From the NCBI GenBank assembly GCA_045159875.1, contig CP067995.1:1504001-1568000 (forward strand): DNA of 64,000 bases, written 5' to 3'. This DNA is from a cyanobacterium endosymbiont of Rhopalodia gibba. GTDB lineage: Bacteria; Cyanobacteriota; Cyanobacteriia; Cyanobacteriales; Microcystaceae. The notes under the pieces are model-generated. The model was not told where the DNA came from. It saw nothing but the letters and a program-made list of their open reading frames with translations, and searched no databases. Position numbers and translations under genes: made by a program. Positions 1-11,044 of this stretch are shown here, piece by piece (the stretch's first letter is position 1; each line of letters starts with the position of its first letter).

Positions 1-1636
1 AAGTAAAATCAAATAATATCATCTTATTTCGTAAACGTTCTTTGATTGTAGTAATTAACTATTAATTGAGAAATATTTAAAACTGTTTAATATTTTTTGT
101 TCGGCTAATATTTTAAATTTATTTATCTAAAAATATTTCTAATTTTAGAATAAATTTTATTTAAATAAATTAAAGTAAATGGACAAATAAAAAATTCTAA
201 GTAATAGATATCTTCATTGCAATTAATTACTTAATTCAATAACCTGCAAACTATTAAAAATTTAATTTTAATTGAATTAATCCTCTTCTCAGGAGTGATA
301 AAATAACGAAAAGTACATAATTTTTCCATTTTAGCTAAATTTTTTTTTGTTAGTTGAAGTAGAAAAAATCAATATTATTGAATAATAATTAGCACAAAAT
401 AATGATACTTTTCTGTAAAAATTAAATACTTCCGTACACAAAAAATAGATGTCACAGTCTATATCCTAAATATGTGTTGTTTAATCCAAAAACTAAACTT
501 AACCAAAAATATTCTATGTCTTTAAAATTTAGATAAATAGTGTTTAAATATTGAGGTAAGATAAGATACAGTTAAAAAATTTCAATTTTTAAACTTAGTT
601 TTTACTGAAAAAACTAGATCTATTTAACCATGTTTTTTAAAACCATCAAAGCAACTAAAAGAAAATAAATTTATAAAGAAAATAAAATTAATTGAGAGTA
701 CTAGGTACATTAAGACGTTTATTTTTTTTATTTGTAAATATTTATTAGAAAATATTTTTTCGTCTTTTAAAGTATTTTTTATTTAAAATATTTTTTTAAT
801 CTATTTTAAACTTATAAAAATATTTTATTTAATTTTTCTTAAAATATACGCAAAAATTTTAGATTTTAAATCTATTTAAATTTACCAATAAGCCTAAATT
901 ATATAGTCAACTCAACTGTTAAGTTGAGCGATCTTAAAAAGAATTATACTGCTCAACTCAACAAAATATAAGTGTCACCAAAGACTATGCCAAACAGTTT
1001 ATCATCTATGTAAAATAAGCAAATTTAAAGTAAAAAAATAAAAAATAACTGTGATAAACCCTCTTACAATAAACCTTTAAATTTTAATCGTAAGAGGGTT
1101 TAAATATTCTATAACTTTAATTTTTTTAAAAATAAAATTTAAAAAATTTAAAAATACAGTCAAAATAAAAAGTTTGTAAGTTATTAGCTACTAATTTATA
1201 AAATTAAGTCGAAAAAAACCAGAAAAACACTTTTAAAAAACATCGAACTGGAAGGAGATACTTACAATTTTTTTATATCAGAATAAAAAGATACTCAAGG
1301 CTTGATTACAAAGCTATAAAAGTTATAATAGAACAAGTCTAATTGACACATAGAAATAAACTAAGAGATTAAAAAACTAGAAATGGATAGAAAAGTTTTT
1401 CTGGATCAAAAAACGATACATTGACAACTGATGAGTAATAGGTAGTCTTGATTGTAGAGAGAGCAGGATGAAGATAATAGATAAATAACAACATTTTCTG
1501 TTCTGAGAAAGATTAGTGAAACAATAATGTCCTATTCTTTAGGTAGGGAAGCTTGCACCATATGCTGATAAGTTATCCTTAAAATCAGTTATCTCAGAGT
1601 TAGGACATCCCTTTTCTTGACACTTTTATACTTTTT

Positions 1637-2101
1637 ATGTTGACTATTATTGGCTGTGGTAATCTAAATCGATCTGATGATGCTGTGGGAGTCGTCATTT
1701 CCCAAAACCTTCAAGAATTTCTTTTAGAACATCCTGCTTCCAATGTTCGTATTTATGATTGTGGAACGGCTGGAATAGAAGTTATGTTCCAAGCTAGAGG
1801 TAGTCAGAAACTAATCATTATTGATGCATGCTTGACTAATTCCCCTCCAGGAACTATTTTTGCAGTCCCTGGAGAGGAGTTAGAGAACTTACCTGCACCA
1901 AGTTATAACTTGCATGATTTTCGGTGGGATCATGCCTTAGCAGCCGGACGCAAAATTTTTAAAAATGATTTCCCTCAAGAGGTAATCGTCTACTTAATTG
2001 AGGCAAAAAACTTGGAACTAGGATTGGAGTTAACTCCTCCAATACGAAAAGCTGCTACAGTAGTTTTAGAAAGGTTAAAAAAGCAAATTTTAAATTGGTG
2101 A
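1637..2101 (+). CDS. hupW: Uptake-hydrogenase maturation protease HupW
   Basis: Intact 154-aa ORF with GCGNLNRSDDAVG, DCGTAG and NLHDFRWDHAL, matching cyanobacterial HupW as I recall it. Confidence 0.88.
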   Translation: MLTIIGCGNLNRSDDAVGVVISQNLQEFLLEHPASNVRIYDCGTAGIEVMFQARGSQKLIIIDACLTNSPPGTIFAVPGEELENLPAPSYNLHDFRWDHALAAGRKIFKNDFPQEVIVYLIEAKNLELGLELTPPIRKAATVVLERLKKQILNW

Positions 2102-2105
2102 CAAC

Positions 2106-2654
2106 TTAAGTAAAATGTTTCTCGAGTAAATTATCCACTTGTCTAATACTGACCTGATTATATTCAATTTTATCGGGAAAAACTACTATATTCGGTCCTT
2201 TTTTACACTGTTTAAGACATCCCGTTAACCTAATTTCTACTTGATTGCCTAAACCGCGGTCAACTAATTTGTTTTTTATTTGTTGATATAAGGTTCGTCC
2301 TCCTCGCTCCCAACAGTTAGCTTTTTTACAGACTAAAATCTTCTTTTCACTAGCTTTTTCCGGCATAATCATTACACAGGGTTCTTGAGGTTGAGTTAAA
2401 GTTTTAATAGTTTTTGCTCTAAGCTTAAAAATTCCCATCCTACCCTTTGTTTCTCTAGTTCCTTGAACTTCTAGCCAAGCTCTAGGAGAAAGCTGGGTAT
2501 CTAGGCAAACTCCTAATTTTTCAGGGATTTCAACCCAAAATTCCCTCGAAGTCACTCTAATACGCAGATATTTAGTTTTGACTCCGTCTTTCATGACAAA
2601 GCTTTCTAATTGACCAATAAGGCGGAAGGAAGAAATTGTTAGAAACTTTGACAT
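2106..2654 (-). CDS. Thioredoxin-like (2Fe-2S) ferredoxin-domain protein
   Basis: C-terminal CKKANC...TGCLKQCKKGPN motif with an N-terminal OB-like region. Confidence 0.85.
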   Translation of the reverse strand: MSKFLTISSFRLIGQLESFVMKDGVKTKYLRIRVTSREFWVEIPEKLGVCLDTQLSPRAWLEVQGTRETKGRMGIFKLRAKTIKTLTQPQEPCVMIMPEKASEKKILVCKKANCWERGGRTLYQQIKNKLVDRGLGNQVEIRLTGCLKQCKKGPNIVVFPDKIEYNQVSIRQVDNLLEKHFT

Positions 2655-2699
2655 GCTTTTTTATTTATTAATGAAGTGATTGATAATTAAGTTTATTAG

Positions 2700-2930
2700 T
2701 AATACTAATACTGATGTAACTAGTAGATTAATTCTTAACGAGAAGTTAATCATCGCTTGACCACATTCCAAAGCTGGATAACAAAAATAGAATTAGTTAG
2801 ACTTGTAAGAGTTGATTAGTCCAGCAATGTCAGGGAATTTATAAATTTTGAAGACAAATGATATACATTTCAACGATTACTCCAGTCAGCTTCTATGACT
2901 TAAGGTCGATTCTGAGGAAAGACTAGCTTA
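2700..2930 (-). pseudogene. Asr1405/Asl0597-family small protein, degraded
   Basis: Minus strand reads VIEADWSNR*NVYH..LQNL*IP*HCWTNQLLQV..IQLWNVVKR*LTSR*ELI, with stops and frameshifts; the family normally lies directly upstream of this ferredoxin. Ends approximate. Confidence 0.75.
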
Positions 2931-3170
2931 ATTTATCGATGTCAACAAATAAATATATTTTTGATTATTGCTTTATATAGAAAACTAGATAAATATTTAT
3001 TATTTTCAATAAAACAAATTAGTGTCAAAGACAATTCAGAATTAGAGCAAATCTGGGTTTATCCGTTTTCACCCTAAGCCTAATTTTTTTAATATATTTT
3101 GGGGTATCGATAAACCGTTACTAAAATGAGGTATTTTAGATATGGAAAGTTTAATATAAAGAAGGAAACA

Positions 3171-3734
3171 ATGAAAACGACAACTGCTCATGCTCAGGGT
3201 TTGGTACGGGCTTTTGGAGAAGTGGGGGAAAACTCTGTCTTACTAGACAAGAGTGTTACCATTCCCATTTGTGAAGGATTAAACATATTGATAGCTAGTT
3301 TTCAAGGACTATACCTTCAATATGAAAAGCATCATTTCGTTGTAGAAGGTTCGGAATTCTACTCTTTACATGAATTTTTTAACGAAAGCTACGATAATGT
3401 TCGTGGTCATGTTCACGACCTCGCTGAACGGTTAAATGGACTCGGAGGAATTCCCGCTGCTAGTTTTAGTAAATTAGCTGAATTGTGTTGCTTTAGCCCT
3501 GAAGCAGATGGGTCTTACGGCTGCCGCGAGATGGTAGAACATGATTTAGGAGCAGAACAGGAAGTCATCAAACTACTCCGTAAACAGGCTGTTCAGGCTG
3601 AAAGCTTAGGAGATAGAGCAACTCGTTATCTTTATGAGCAAATTCTTCTTAAAACAGAAGAACGAGCTTATCATTTGGATCATTTCTTGGTTAGCGACAG
3701 CTTGACTCTAGCTTTTATTAATGACGGAAACTAG
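3171..3734 (+). CDS. dps: Dps-family ferritin-like DNA protection protein
   Basis: [18 protein letters not shown] and HDLAERL motifs; start moved to ATG 3171 behind an AAGGA SD-like site. Confidence 0.92.
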   Translation: MKTTTAHAQGLVRAFGEVGENSVLLDKSVTIPICEGLNILIASFQGLYLQYEKHHFVVEGSEFYSLHEFFNESYDNVRGHVHDLAERLNGLGGIPAASFSKLAELCCFSPEADGSYGCREMVEHDLGAEQEVIKLLRKQAVQAESLGDRATRYLYEQILLKTEERAYHLDHFLVSDSLTLAFINDGN

Positions 3735-3783
3735 AACTTCCCTAAGATTTCCCTAAGGAAAAACAAACAGTGCCTGATTGAAG

Positions 3784-3809
3784 AAACTCCCATTTCTTAA
3801 TGGGAGTTT
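3784..3809. terminator. Hairpin between convergent dps and cobW (probable terminator)
   Basis: AAACTCCCATT-tctt-AATGGGAGTTT, 11-bp stem. Confidence 0.7.
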
Positions 3810-3817
3810 TCATCTTT

Positions 3818-4849
3818 CTAGATTAGTGCACACTCAATCTCTTCCAATGTTAATTGACGACCAATAAATACTAATCTAGTTTGGCGCGCTTCATTAAATT
3901 TCCAAGGACGATCATAAAAGGTATCAAAGCGATCACCGACTCCTTGTAAAACTAACCGCATGGGTTTAGATGGAACATTTACAAACCCTTTGATTCGATA
4001 AATTTCTTGGGTCTTGACTATTTTTTTAAGTTGATTGACTAGGCTTTTTATCTCAAATTCTTGATCTAAAGTTACTTGAACCGAATTAATATCATCATCA
4101 TGATTGTGCTCTTCTTCCTGATCATGATAACTAGGACGATTCTTTAAATTATCCTCAACAGCGGCATTAAACCCTAATAAAATATTAGGATTAATTTCCC
4201 CGTTATCACAAAAAACCACTTTGACTCCTGGTCTTAATTCTTGTTTTAACCATTCTTTGACTTGATGAAGCTGAAACGGTTTAATTAAGTCAGTTTTGGT
4301 CAACAATACTAAATCTGCACAGGCTAACTGATTTTTAAATAACTCCTCAATTGGGGTTTCATGTTCTAGATTGGGGTCAGCCTGTCGTTGCGCTTCTAAG
4401 GCAGCCAAGTCCTTCACTAAAGTCCCTGAAACTAAAGCTTGAGTATCTACCACTGTTACCACTGCGTCTACAGTGGTACTGTTACGAATTTCTGGCCACT
4501 GAAAAGCTTTAATTAAAGGTTTTGGTAATGCTAATCCAGAAGTTTCAACTAGTACAAAATCAATTTCCTCACGCCTTTCTAATAATTTTTGCATAGTCGG
4601 AAAAAATTCTTCTTGGACAGTGCAACATAAACAACCATTGGTCAATTCAATAATATTAGTATTTGAGTTTTCATCCTCATCGCAAATTTGACAATCCCGC
4701 AAAAGTTCTCCATCTATACCTACTTCCCCAAATTCGTTAACCAAAACAGCAATTCGTCTTTGTTGATTATGTTGTAATAGATGACGAACCAATGTTGTTT
4801 TACCCGCTCCAAGAAAGCCAGTGATAACCGTAACAGGGATTTTATGCAT
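3818..4849 (-). CDS. cobW: Cobalamin biosynthesis GTPase/metallochaperone CobW
   Basis: GFLGAGKT Walker A, NEFGEVGIDG, GCLCC metal motif, ETSGLALPKPL, short His/acidic patch and CobW_C domain; start at MHKIPVT. Confidence 0.9.
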   Translation of the reverse strand: MHKIPVTVITGFLGAGKTTLVRHLLQHNQQRRIAVLVNEFGEVGIDGELLRDCQICDEDENSNTNIIELTNGCLCCTVQEEFFPTMQKLLERREEIDFVLVETSGLALPKPLIKAFQWPEIRNSTTVDAVVTVVDTQALVSGTLVKDLAALEAQRQADPNLEHETPIEELFKNQLACADLVLLTKTDLIKPFQLHQVKEWLKQELRPGVKVVFCDNGEINPNILLGFNAAVEDNLKNRPSYHDQEEEHNHDDDINSVQVTLDQEFEIKSLVNQLKKIVKTQEIYRIKGFVNVPSKPMRLVLQGVGDRFDTFYDRPWKFNEARQTRLVFIGRQLTLEEIECALI

Positions 4850-4994
4850 AATAAAGTTTAGCACACGGCTAAATGATATTTTTATCAACAATTATCCTTA
4901 AAAAAACTTAAAAATATCAAAGAAACTCGTTGATTTTTAGTCGTATTTTTTATGGTATCATCTTAACTCAAAAGTAGCGTAACTATGTTTTAAT

Positions 4995-5957
4995 TCAATT
5001 GAAATTAAATACGAGAGATGCTAAGATTAACACGCCAAATCCTAAACGATACCAAACAAAAATCCAAGTATTACGGTTTTGTAAATAGCTGGTTAACCAA
5101 GCAATGGCTAAATAGGAAAAAATTGTTGAAGAGATAACTCCAATAATAACAGGAAATAAGATTTCTCTAGAAAAGCCTAGGACTAAAACTTCTTTGAATT
5201 CTGCGAATCCTGCTATAGTAATGGCTGGGATTCCTAATAAAAAAGAAAACTTAGCTGCCGTTGCCCTTTCCAAATTCATAAATAATCCGGCCATTATAGT
5301 AGACCCTGAGCGAGAAACTCCTGGAATTAAAGCCAGAGTTTGGGCTAGTCCCATTAATACTCCGTCTTGTAATGTTAGTTCTTTAAAATCTCGTTTATGA
5401 GTTCCTAACTTTTCTGACAAAGCTAACATTACAGCCATTACAATTGAAGCAATTGCGATAGCCCCTACACTTCGTAATGGAGAATTATCTAAATCAGAAA
5501 CCAACACTTTCCATAACAATCCAAAAAAAACAATGGGTAAAGTTCCCAAAGTAATACCTGCCGCCAGTTGAAAATCATAAGATTTATAGTCCGAGATGTA
5601 GATAGCTTTCGCCATTCCTTCAATAATGTTTGTTAAATCTGACCAGAAATACCATATTACTGCGGTAATACTTCCTAGTTGAATCACTGCTGTAAAAGAT
5701 ACTCCAGGATCACCCCATCCTAAAGCTAAGGGGACAACTTTTAAATGAGCCGTACTGCTAATAGGCAAAAATTCTGTTAATCCTTGTACCATTCCTAACA
5801 CAATAGCCTGAAGCCAGTTAAATTGAAAAATGGGAGTATCAGAAACTTTTAGGGAAGTGGATTGGACAGTTGACGTAAACCCCAAACATAAGCTCAATCC
5901 ACCACTGAAAGCAAAAAAAGCGGCTAATTCTAATGGTCTGTGTTTTGGTTGAGTCAT
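4995..5957 (-). CDS. uppP: Undecaprenyl-diphosphate phosphatase UppP/BacA
   Basis: QGLTEFLPISSTAH and PGVSRSGST motifs; multiple TM segments. Confidence 0.95.
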   Translation of the reverse strand: MTQPKHRPLELAAFFAFSGGLSLCLGFTSTVQSTSLKVSDTPIFQFNWLQAIVLGMVQGLTEFLPISSTAHLKVVPLALGWGDPGVSFTAVIQLGSITAVIWYFWSDLTNIIEGMAKAIYISDYKSYDFQLAAGITLGTLPIVFFGLLWKVLVSDLDNSPLRSVGAIAIASIVMAVMLALSEKLGTHKRDFKELTLQDGVLMGLAQTLALIPGVSRSGSTIMAGLFMNLERATAAKFSFLLGIPAITIAGFAEFKEVLVLGFSREILFPVIIGVISSTIFSYLAIAWLTSYLQNRNTWIFVWYRLGFGVLILASLVFNFN

Positions 5958-6399
5958 AATAATTGAAAGATTTTTATAAATTTAGAGGATAAAAGTTTCA
6001 GCAATTTTATCAATAAATACTTGATGTCTAAGACTTTTCTCGAAAAATTGAGAAAACTAGAAATTTATCTTAGTAATGACCAATAAATTTAAGCCTAATT
6101 ACCCATTAAAAAACTAAGTTTTGGAAAAAATTGTCAAAGTCATCTAATTTTATACTTGAAAAACTGCTAGCTCATGTATTTTCTCTTAAATATCTCGGAA
6201 TTAAGGATAATTTCCAGTGTTTCAGTATTATATTTAAATAATGGTGAAATTTAATCCCAACATATTTACCTTAAACGTAAAGTTTTAGAAAAGAAAGTTT
6301 AAATCTTAGAATATTCTCCTAAGTCTCTCGTATCAGTTCTCTATGAACTTAAAGCTGTCTCTGTCCCTTCCGACTCCCTTCCCTTACCTTTTTTCTGAA

Positions 6400-6990
6400 A
6401 ATTTGTTTTTAAGGGAATTATCGCTGATAAAACTCGATCAATAATCTGGAAAAGCCTTGAATAAAGCGTAATGTCTTACAGCAGAGCTAGGAAATGAACT
6501 CAAATTAGATCTGGTTAAAATTTCTGGAGTAGATTTTTTAATGTAATCATCCCTTATTACTCTCGAAAGTTAAATTTGTAAAAGATCTCAACATTAAGTT
6601 GTCATCTAAGGATTTCTTTTTGTATAAAATTTATCATCACTCAATCTTAATCCTTTATTCTTAATAGTCTTCCTAACATCACACAGGATCTTCACACTTA
6701 TCCAGGGAATTTTTACAAAAGCGATTATCCAGAAAAGTAAATTTCTTAGTTTTATACAATAGCATTTTACGATTATTTATTCCAAAATAGCCAACGACTT
6801 TCTCGATTACCAAATGATTTTCGGCGAGAATGTGCCTATCGCATTAATACTACAAATGTCTTTAATTTTATCTCTACTTTAACAGATAATTTAGTAAACT
6901 AAATGGCTAAACGCGCCTTATAGAAACGAGATGATGTAAGAATACCGTAAAGTAATTTCTCTAACTATTTTGCAAATACTCAATTCCTAA
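6400..6990 (+). pseudogene. Formylglycine-generating-enzyme (SUMF1/FGE-sulfatase) domain protein, degraded
   Basis: Fragments AELGNELKLDLVKISGVDFLM (cf. EDLGNGVKLEMVxIPGGxFLMGS) and RLPNDFRRECAYRINTTNVFNFISTLTDNLVN (cf. [32 protein letters not shown]) separated by stops. Ends approximate. Confidence 0.7.
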
Positions 6991-9133
6991 TCTAAACATT
7001 TTTGTATCTTACTCCCGTCGATTTTTTACTAAAAAAACTTATATTTGTCATAAATAAACTGCTATTCAGTTTTATAAAGTATTTTTAATTATTGATTTTT
7101 TATCTTAATTACTGATTTATAACTCCTATCTTTTTTCTAAGCTAATAATCTTAGCTTTTGTCTATTATGGACTCATAATAAATAGATTAAAAGGACAATA
7201 TTTTTTTATCGAATGCAAAGACCATAATTCCAATAAAATAGGTTTTTCAATTTTATTGAAAAAGTTAACACTTTTGTTTTGCTTATATTTAGTCTTTTTT
7301 GTCCTTTGCTTATTAATCTTAATTAAGAATAAAAAACAATAAGTAAACGCTATACTAGAACTATTATTTTTTTATATTCTAGTTTATTTAACTTGTTTAT
7401 TGAATAAAATAAAGTTCTATGATGAGATTAAGTGACTTATTTTTAATATTAAAAATATTAAAAATAATTTAAATATTAGCGTTATTTTTAGTTGACTATA
7501 TTAGTAGTTTCAATATATTATTCAGCAACTACAATCTAAATAATTAGATAGGCAGTTTTTTATTATACTTATATATTTTCTAAATAGAATATATAAGTAT
7601 AATAAAAATTTATATTTTAAGATGAAAAATACAAAAAAAACTACTATTTTTTTTAAAAGCCCATAAATATAGTACATTTTCTAGATTAAGTAGTTGATTC
7701 TTTGGCAAGAAAATATAACTCATCTATTAATATACTTCTATAGTACAGGCAATGATTTTATATTTCCAACTTTACGAATATAAATTTATGAATTATTCTA
7801 ATAACTTTCTTGCCAATCATGTCTAAATCTAATATCTGTAAAGCAGCTGCAGTACTACATTGTCCGGTAGGGACCAATAATCAAACTTAACGGAAGTTCA
7901 AAAGTATTTTGTAGATTTATTCTGATTCTCTTAATCTTTCGTATAATTTTTTGACAGTTATTTTAGTCTAATTGTATTAGTAAACTCTAAAGCTTAAAAC
8001 ATAAAATTAAAAATCTAAGTAACATTATTGAGTATCAATTAGAAAAATAAACTTAGCTAGTCTGTACTTTTAATGATAAAAATATTGTTTTTTGATAAAA
8101 TTTATTAGGTATTAATTATAAATCAAGTTGAAAATATAAATTAATAATTTGCATTTTATAGTTATATACTTAACCAAATATTAAAGTTAAATATTTTTTT
8201 ATCTAAATAACAATAAAATTACATGTCATAAAAAATATTTAGTTTAGCAGATAAACTTTTAATTTTAAAATTTTAAAAAACTCTATCATACCAGCCATTA
8301 ATTTATCGAAAAAATACTTATACTGGATGTATATAAGTTTATTTTTAAACTATATTAACAAAGTTAATTTAATATAGTTTAAAAATAAATTTAATGAAGA
8401 ACTATATTATTCACGATAAAGTCAAAGAACATAGTAAGTCACTAAAATTTAAAGCAGTATAATACAAATCAATAATGCTATTTTAGTAGCAACTACATTT
8501 AATTGAATAGAGTTATTTTTAATAATTAATATTTATTAATGTATAAAATTTAAGTCAATTTCAAGAAAACACATGAATAAATATAAGTTTAGTACTTACC
8601 TTAATTTTAATTTAATTAAAATTGGATTATCCTATTTAGTGTTTATTTAATTAAATATTTTTATTTTTTTTAGAAAAATAAAAATATTTAATTAATATCT
8701 ATCCACAAGAAATATATAAAAACTTCTAAATGTTTTTAACAGACTGCAAATCTAGTTAAGCTAAATTAGCTTTAATAATTTTTAAAATATAATATACATA
8801 TAAAAATATCACGTACTATCTTAGGTTTTTCTACTATAAAGGCAGTAATTTATCAATCGACAAAAATATTATTCTGTGAGTTATCTGGTCATGTTTTAAA
8901 AAAATTATTGAGATTTTAGCTAATTTAACAACATGTTTAATTATTTAAAAATTTTATTTTTAATAAAAATTAGAAATAGTTAATAACTTTATTGAAAATA
9001 CGTATAGAGATAATGAGACGATTAATGGACAGAGTTTCTCTAACTAAATAATGAGGAAATAATAAACCAAAGTCAGAAAATCAATTAAAGTGTGATATAG
9101 CGCGTTAATCAAAATGTTAGAGAAACATACAGC

Positions 9134-11044
9134 ATGCACATAAGTGAAATCACTCATCCCAACCAGTTACATGGTTTATCGCTCCGACAACTAGAGGACA
9201 TCAGTCGTCAAATTAGAGAAAAGCATTTAGAAACAATCGCTGCTAGTGGAGGACATCTAGGGCCTGGCTTAGGAGTAGTAGAACTCACTGTCGCCCTTTA
9301 TCAAACCCTAGATTTAGATCGGGATAAAGTTACCTGGGATGTAGGACACCAAGCCTACCCCCATAAGATGTTAACTGGTCGTTATAATCGTTTCCATACC
9401 CTACGGCAAAAAGACGGCATTGCCGGATATCTAAAACGTTGCGAAAGTCAATTTGATCATTTCGGGGCCGGGCACGCCTCTACAAGTATTTCTGCCGCCT
9501 TAGGAATGGCATTAGCTAGAGATGCTCAAGGAGAAGACCATAAAGTTGTAGCAGTAATTGGAGATGGAGCATTAACTGGAGGAATGGCCTTAGAAGCTAT
9601 CAACCATGCTGGACATTTACCCAATACAAATCTTATGGTTGTCCTCAACGACAATGAGATGTCTATTTCTCCGAATGTAGGAGCTATTTCTCGCTACCTC
9701 AACAAGGTGCGTCTGAGTGATCCAGTTCAATTCCTTTCAGACAACCTGGAAGAACAATTTAAACAGCTTCCTTTCTTTGGGGGCTCTTTTACACCCGAAA
9801 TGGAAAGGGTTAAAGAAGGGATGAAACGTCTAGCAGTTCCTAAAGTAGGTGCAGTAATTGAAGAATTAGGCTTTAAATATTTTGGTCCAATTGACGGACA
9901 CAATCTAGAAGAGTTAATTGGTACCTTCAAACAGGCCCATAAAGTCTCCGGCCCCGTTCTTGTTCATGTTGCCACTATCAAAGGAAAAGGTTATGACCTA
10001 GCTGAAAAAGATCAAGTAGGTTACCATGCTCAAAGTCCCTTCAACTTAGTTACTGGCAAAGCTCATCCGTCCAATAAACCTAAACCTCCCAGTTATTCTA
10101 AAGTTTTTGCTCATACCCTCACTAAACTGGCAGAAAATGATCCTAAAATTATTGGAATTACTGCTGCTATGGCTACGGGAACAGGATTGGCTAAACTTTA
10201 TGCTAAGCTTCCTAACCAATACATTGATGTAGGTATCGCTGAACAACACGCCGTTACCCTGGCTGCTGGACTCGCTTGTGAAGGAATGCGTCCCGTTGTA
10301 GCTATCTACTCCACATTTTTACAAAGAGCTTACGACCAAGTTCTCCATGATGTTTGTATTCAAAACCTTCCCGTTTTCTTATGTCTTGATCGCGCCGGAA
10401 TTGTCGGCGCAGATGGACCGACTCACCAAGGAATGTATGACATCGCCTATCTACGATGTATTCCTAACTTGACTATCATGGCTCCCAAAGATGAAGCAGA
10501 ATTACAACGAATGGTGGTGACAGGAGTTAATCACACTGATGGACCGATCGCTATGCGTTATCCTCGTGGTAGTGGTATTGGAGTTCCTTTAATGGAAGAA
10601 GGTTGGGAACCTTTGTCCATCGGTAAGGGAGAAATTCTCCGTACTGGAGATGATGTTTTACTTTTAGGTTATGGCTCCATGGTAAATACAGCCTTACAAG
10701 TGGCAGAAATTCTCGGAGAATATGGCATTGAGGCAACAGTAGTTAATGCCCGTTTTGTTAAACCCTTAGATACGGAATTAATCTTTTCCCTCGCTCGACG
10801 TATTGGAAGAGTAGCTACCTTAGAAGAAGGTTGTCTCATCGGCGGTTTTGGTTCAGCAGTAGCTGAAGTCTTGTCTGATAACGGCATTTTAATCCCCTTG
10901 AAGCGATTTGGTGTGAACGATCACCTAGTTGATCATGCCACTCCAGATCAATCTAAAGCAGATTTAGGGTTAACCAGTCCCCAAATTGTCGAACAAATTC
11001 TACAGGTTTTTTTTAAGAGTCTTCAACCGTCCGTAATAAGTTAA
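9134..11044 (+). CDS. dxs: 1-deoxy-D-xylulose-5-phosphate synthase
   Basis: 636 aa; [22 protein letters not shown] motif, [21 protein letters not shown]. Confidence 0.99.
   Translation: MHISEITHPNQLHGLSLRQLEDISRQIREKHLETIAASGGHLGPGLGVVELTVALYQTLDLDRDKVTWDVGHQAYPHKMLTGRYNRFHTLRQKDGIAGYLKRCESQFDHFGAGHASTSISAALGMALARDAQGEDHKVVAVIGDGALTGGMALEAINHAGHLPNTNLMVVLNDNEMSISPNVGAISRYLNKVRLSDPVQFLSDNLEEQFKQLPFFGGSFTPEMERVKEGMKRLAVPKVGAVIEELGFKYFGPIDGHNLEELIGTFKQAHKVSGPVLVHVATIKGKGYDLAEKDQVGYHAQSPFNLVTGKAHPSNKPKPPSYSKVFAHTLTKLAENDPKIIGITAAMATGTGLAKLYAKLPNQYIDVGIAEQHAVTLAAGLACEGMRPVVAIYSTFLQRAYDQVLHDVCIQNLPVFLCLDRAGIVGADGPTHQGMYDIAYLRCIPNLTIMAPKDEAELQRMVVTGVNHTDGPIAMRYPRGSGIGVPLMEEGWEPLSIGKGEILRTGDDVLLLGYGSMVNTALQVAEILGEYGIEATVVNARFVKPLDTELIFSLARRIGRVATLEEGCLIGGFGSAVAEVLSDNGILIPLKRFGVNDHLVDHATPDQSKADLGLTSPQIVEQILQVFFKSLQPSVIS

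Noticed and set aside
6995..7025. NIFVSYSRR resembling a TIR-domain start (possible defence gene)
   Set aside because: Only nine residues, no continuing frame, and it lies at the tail of the FGE pseudogene; probably chance
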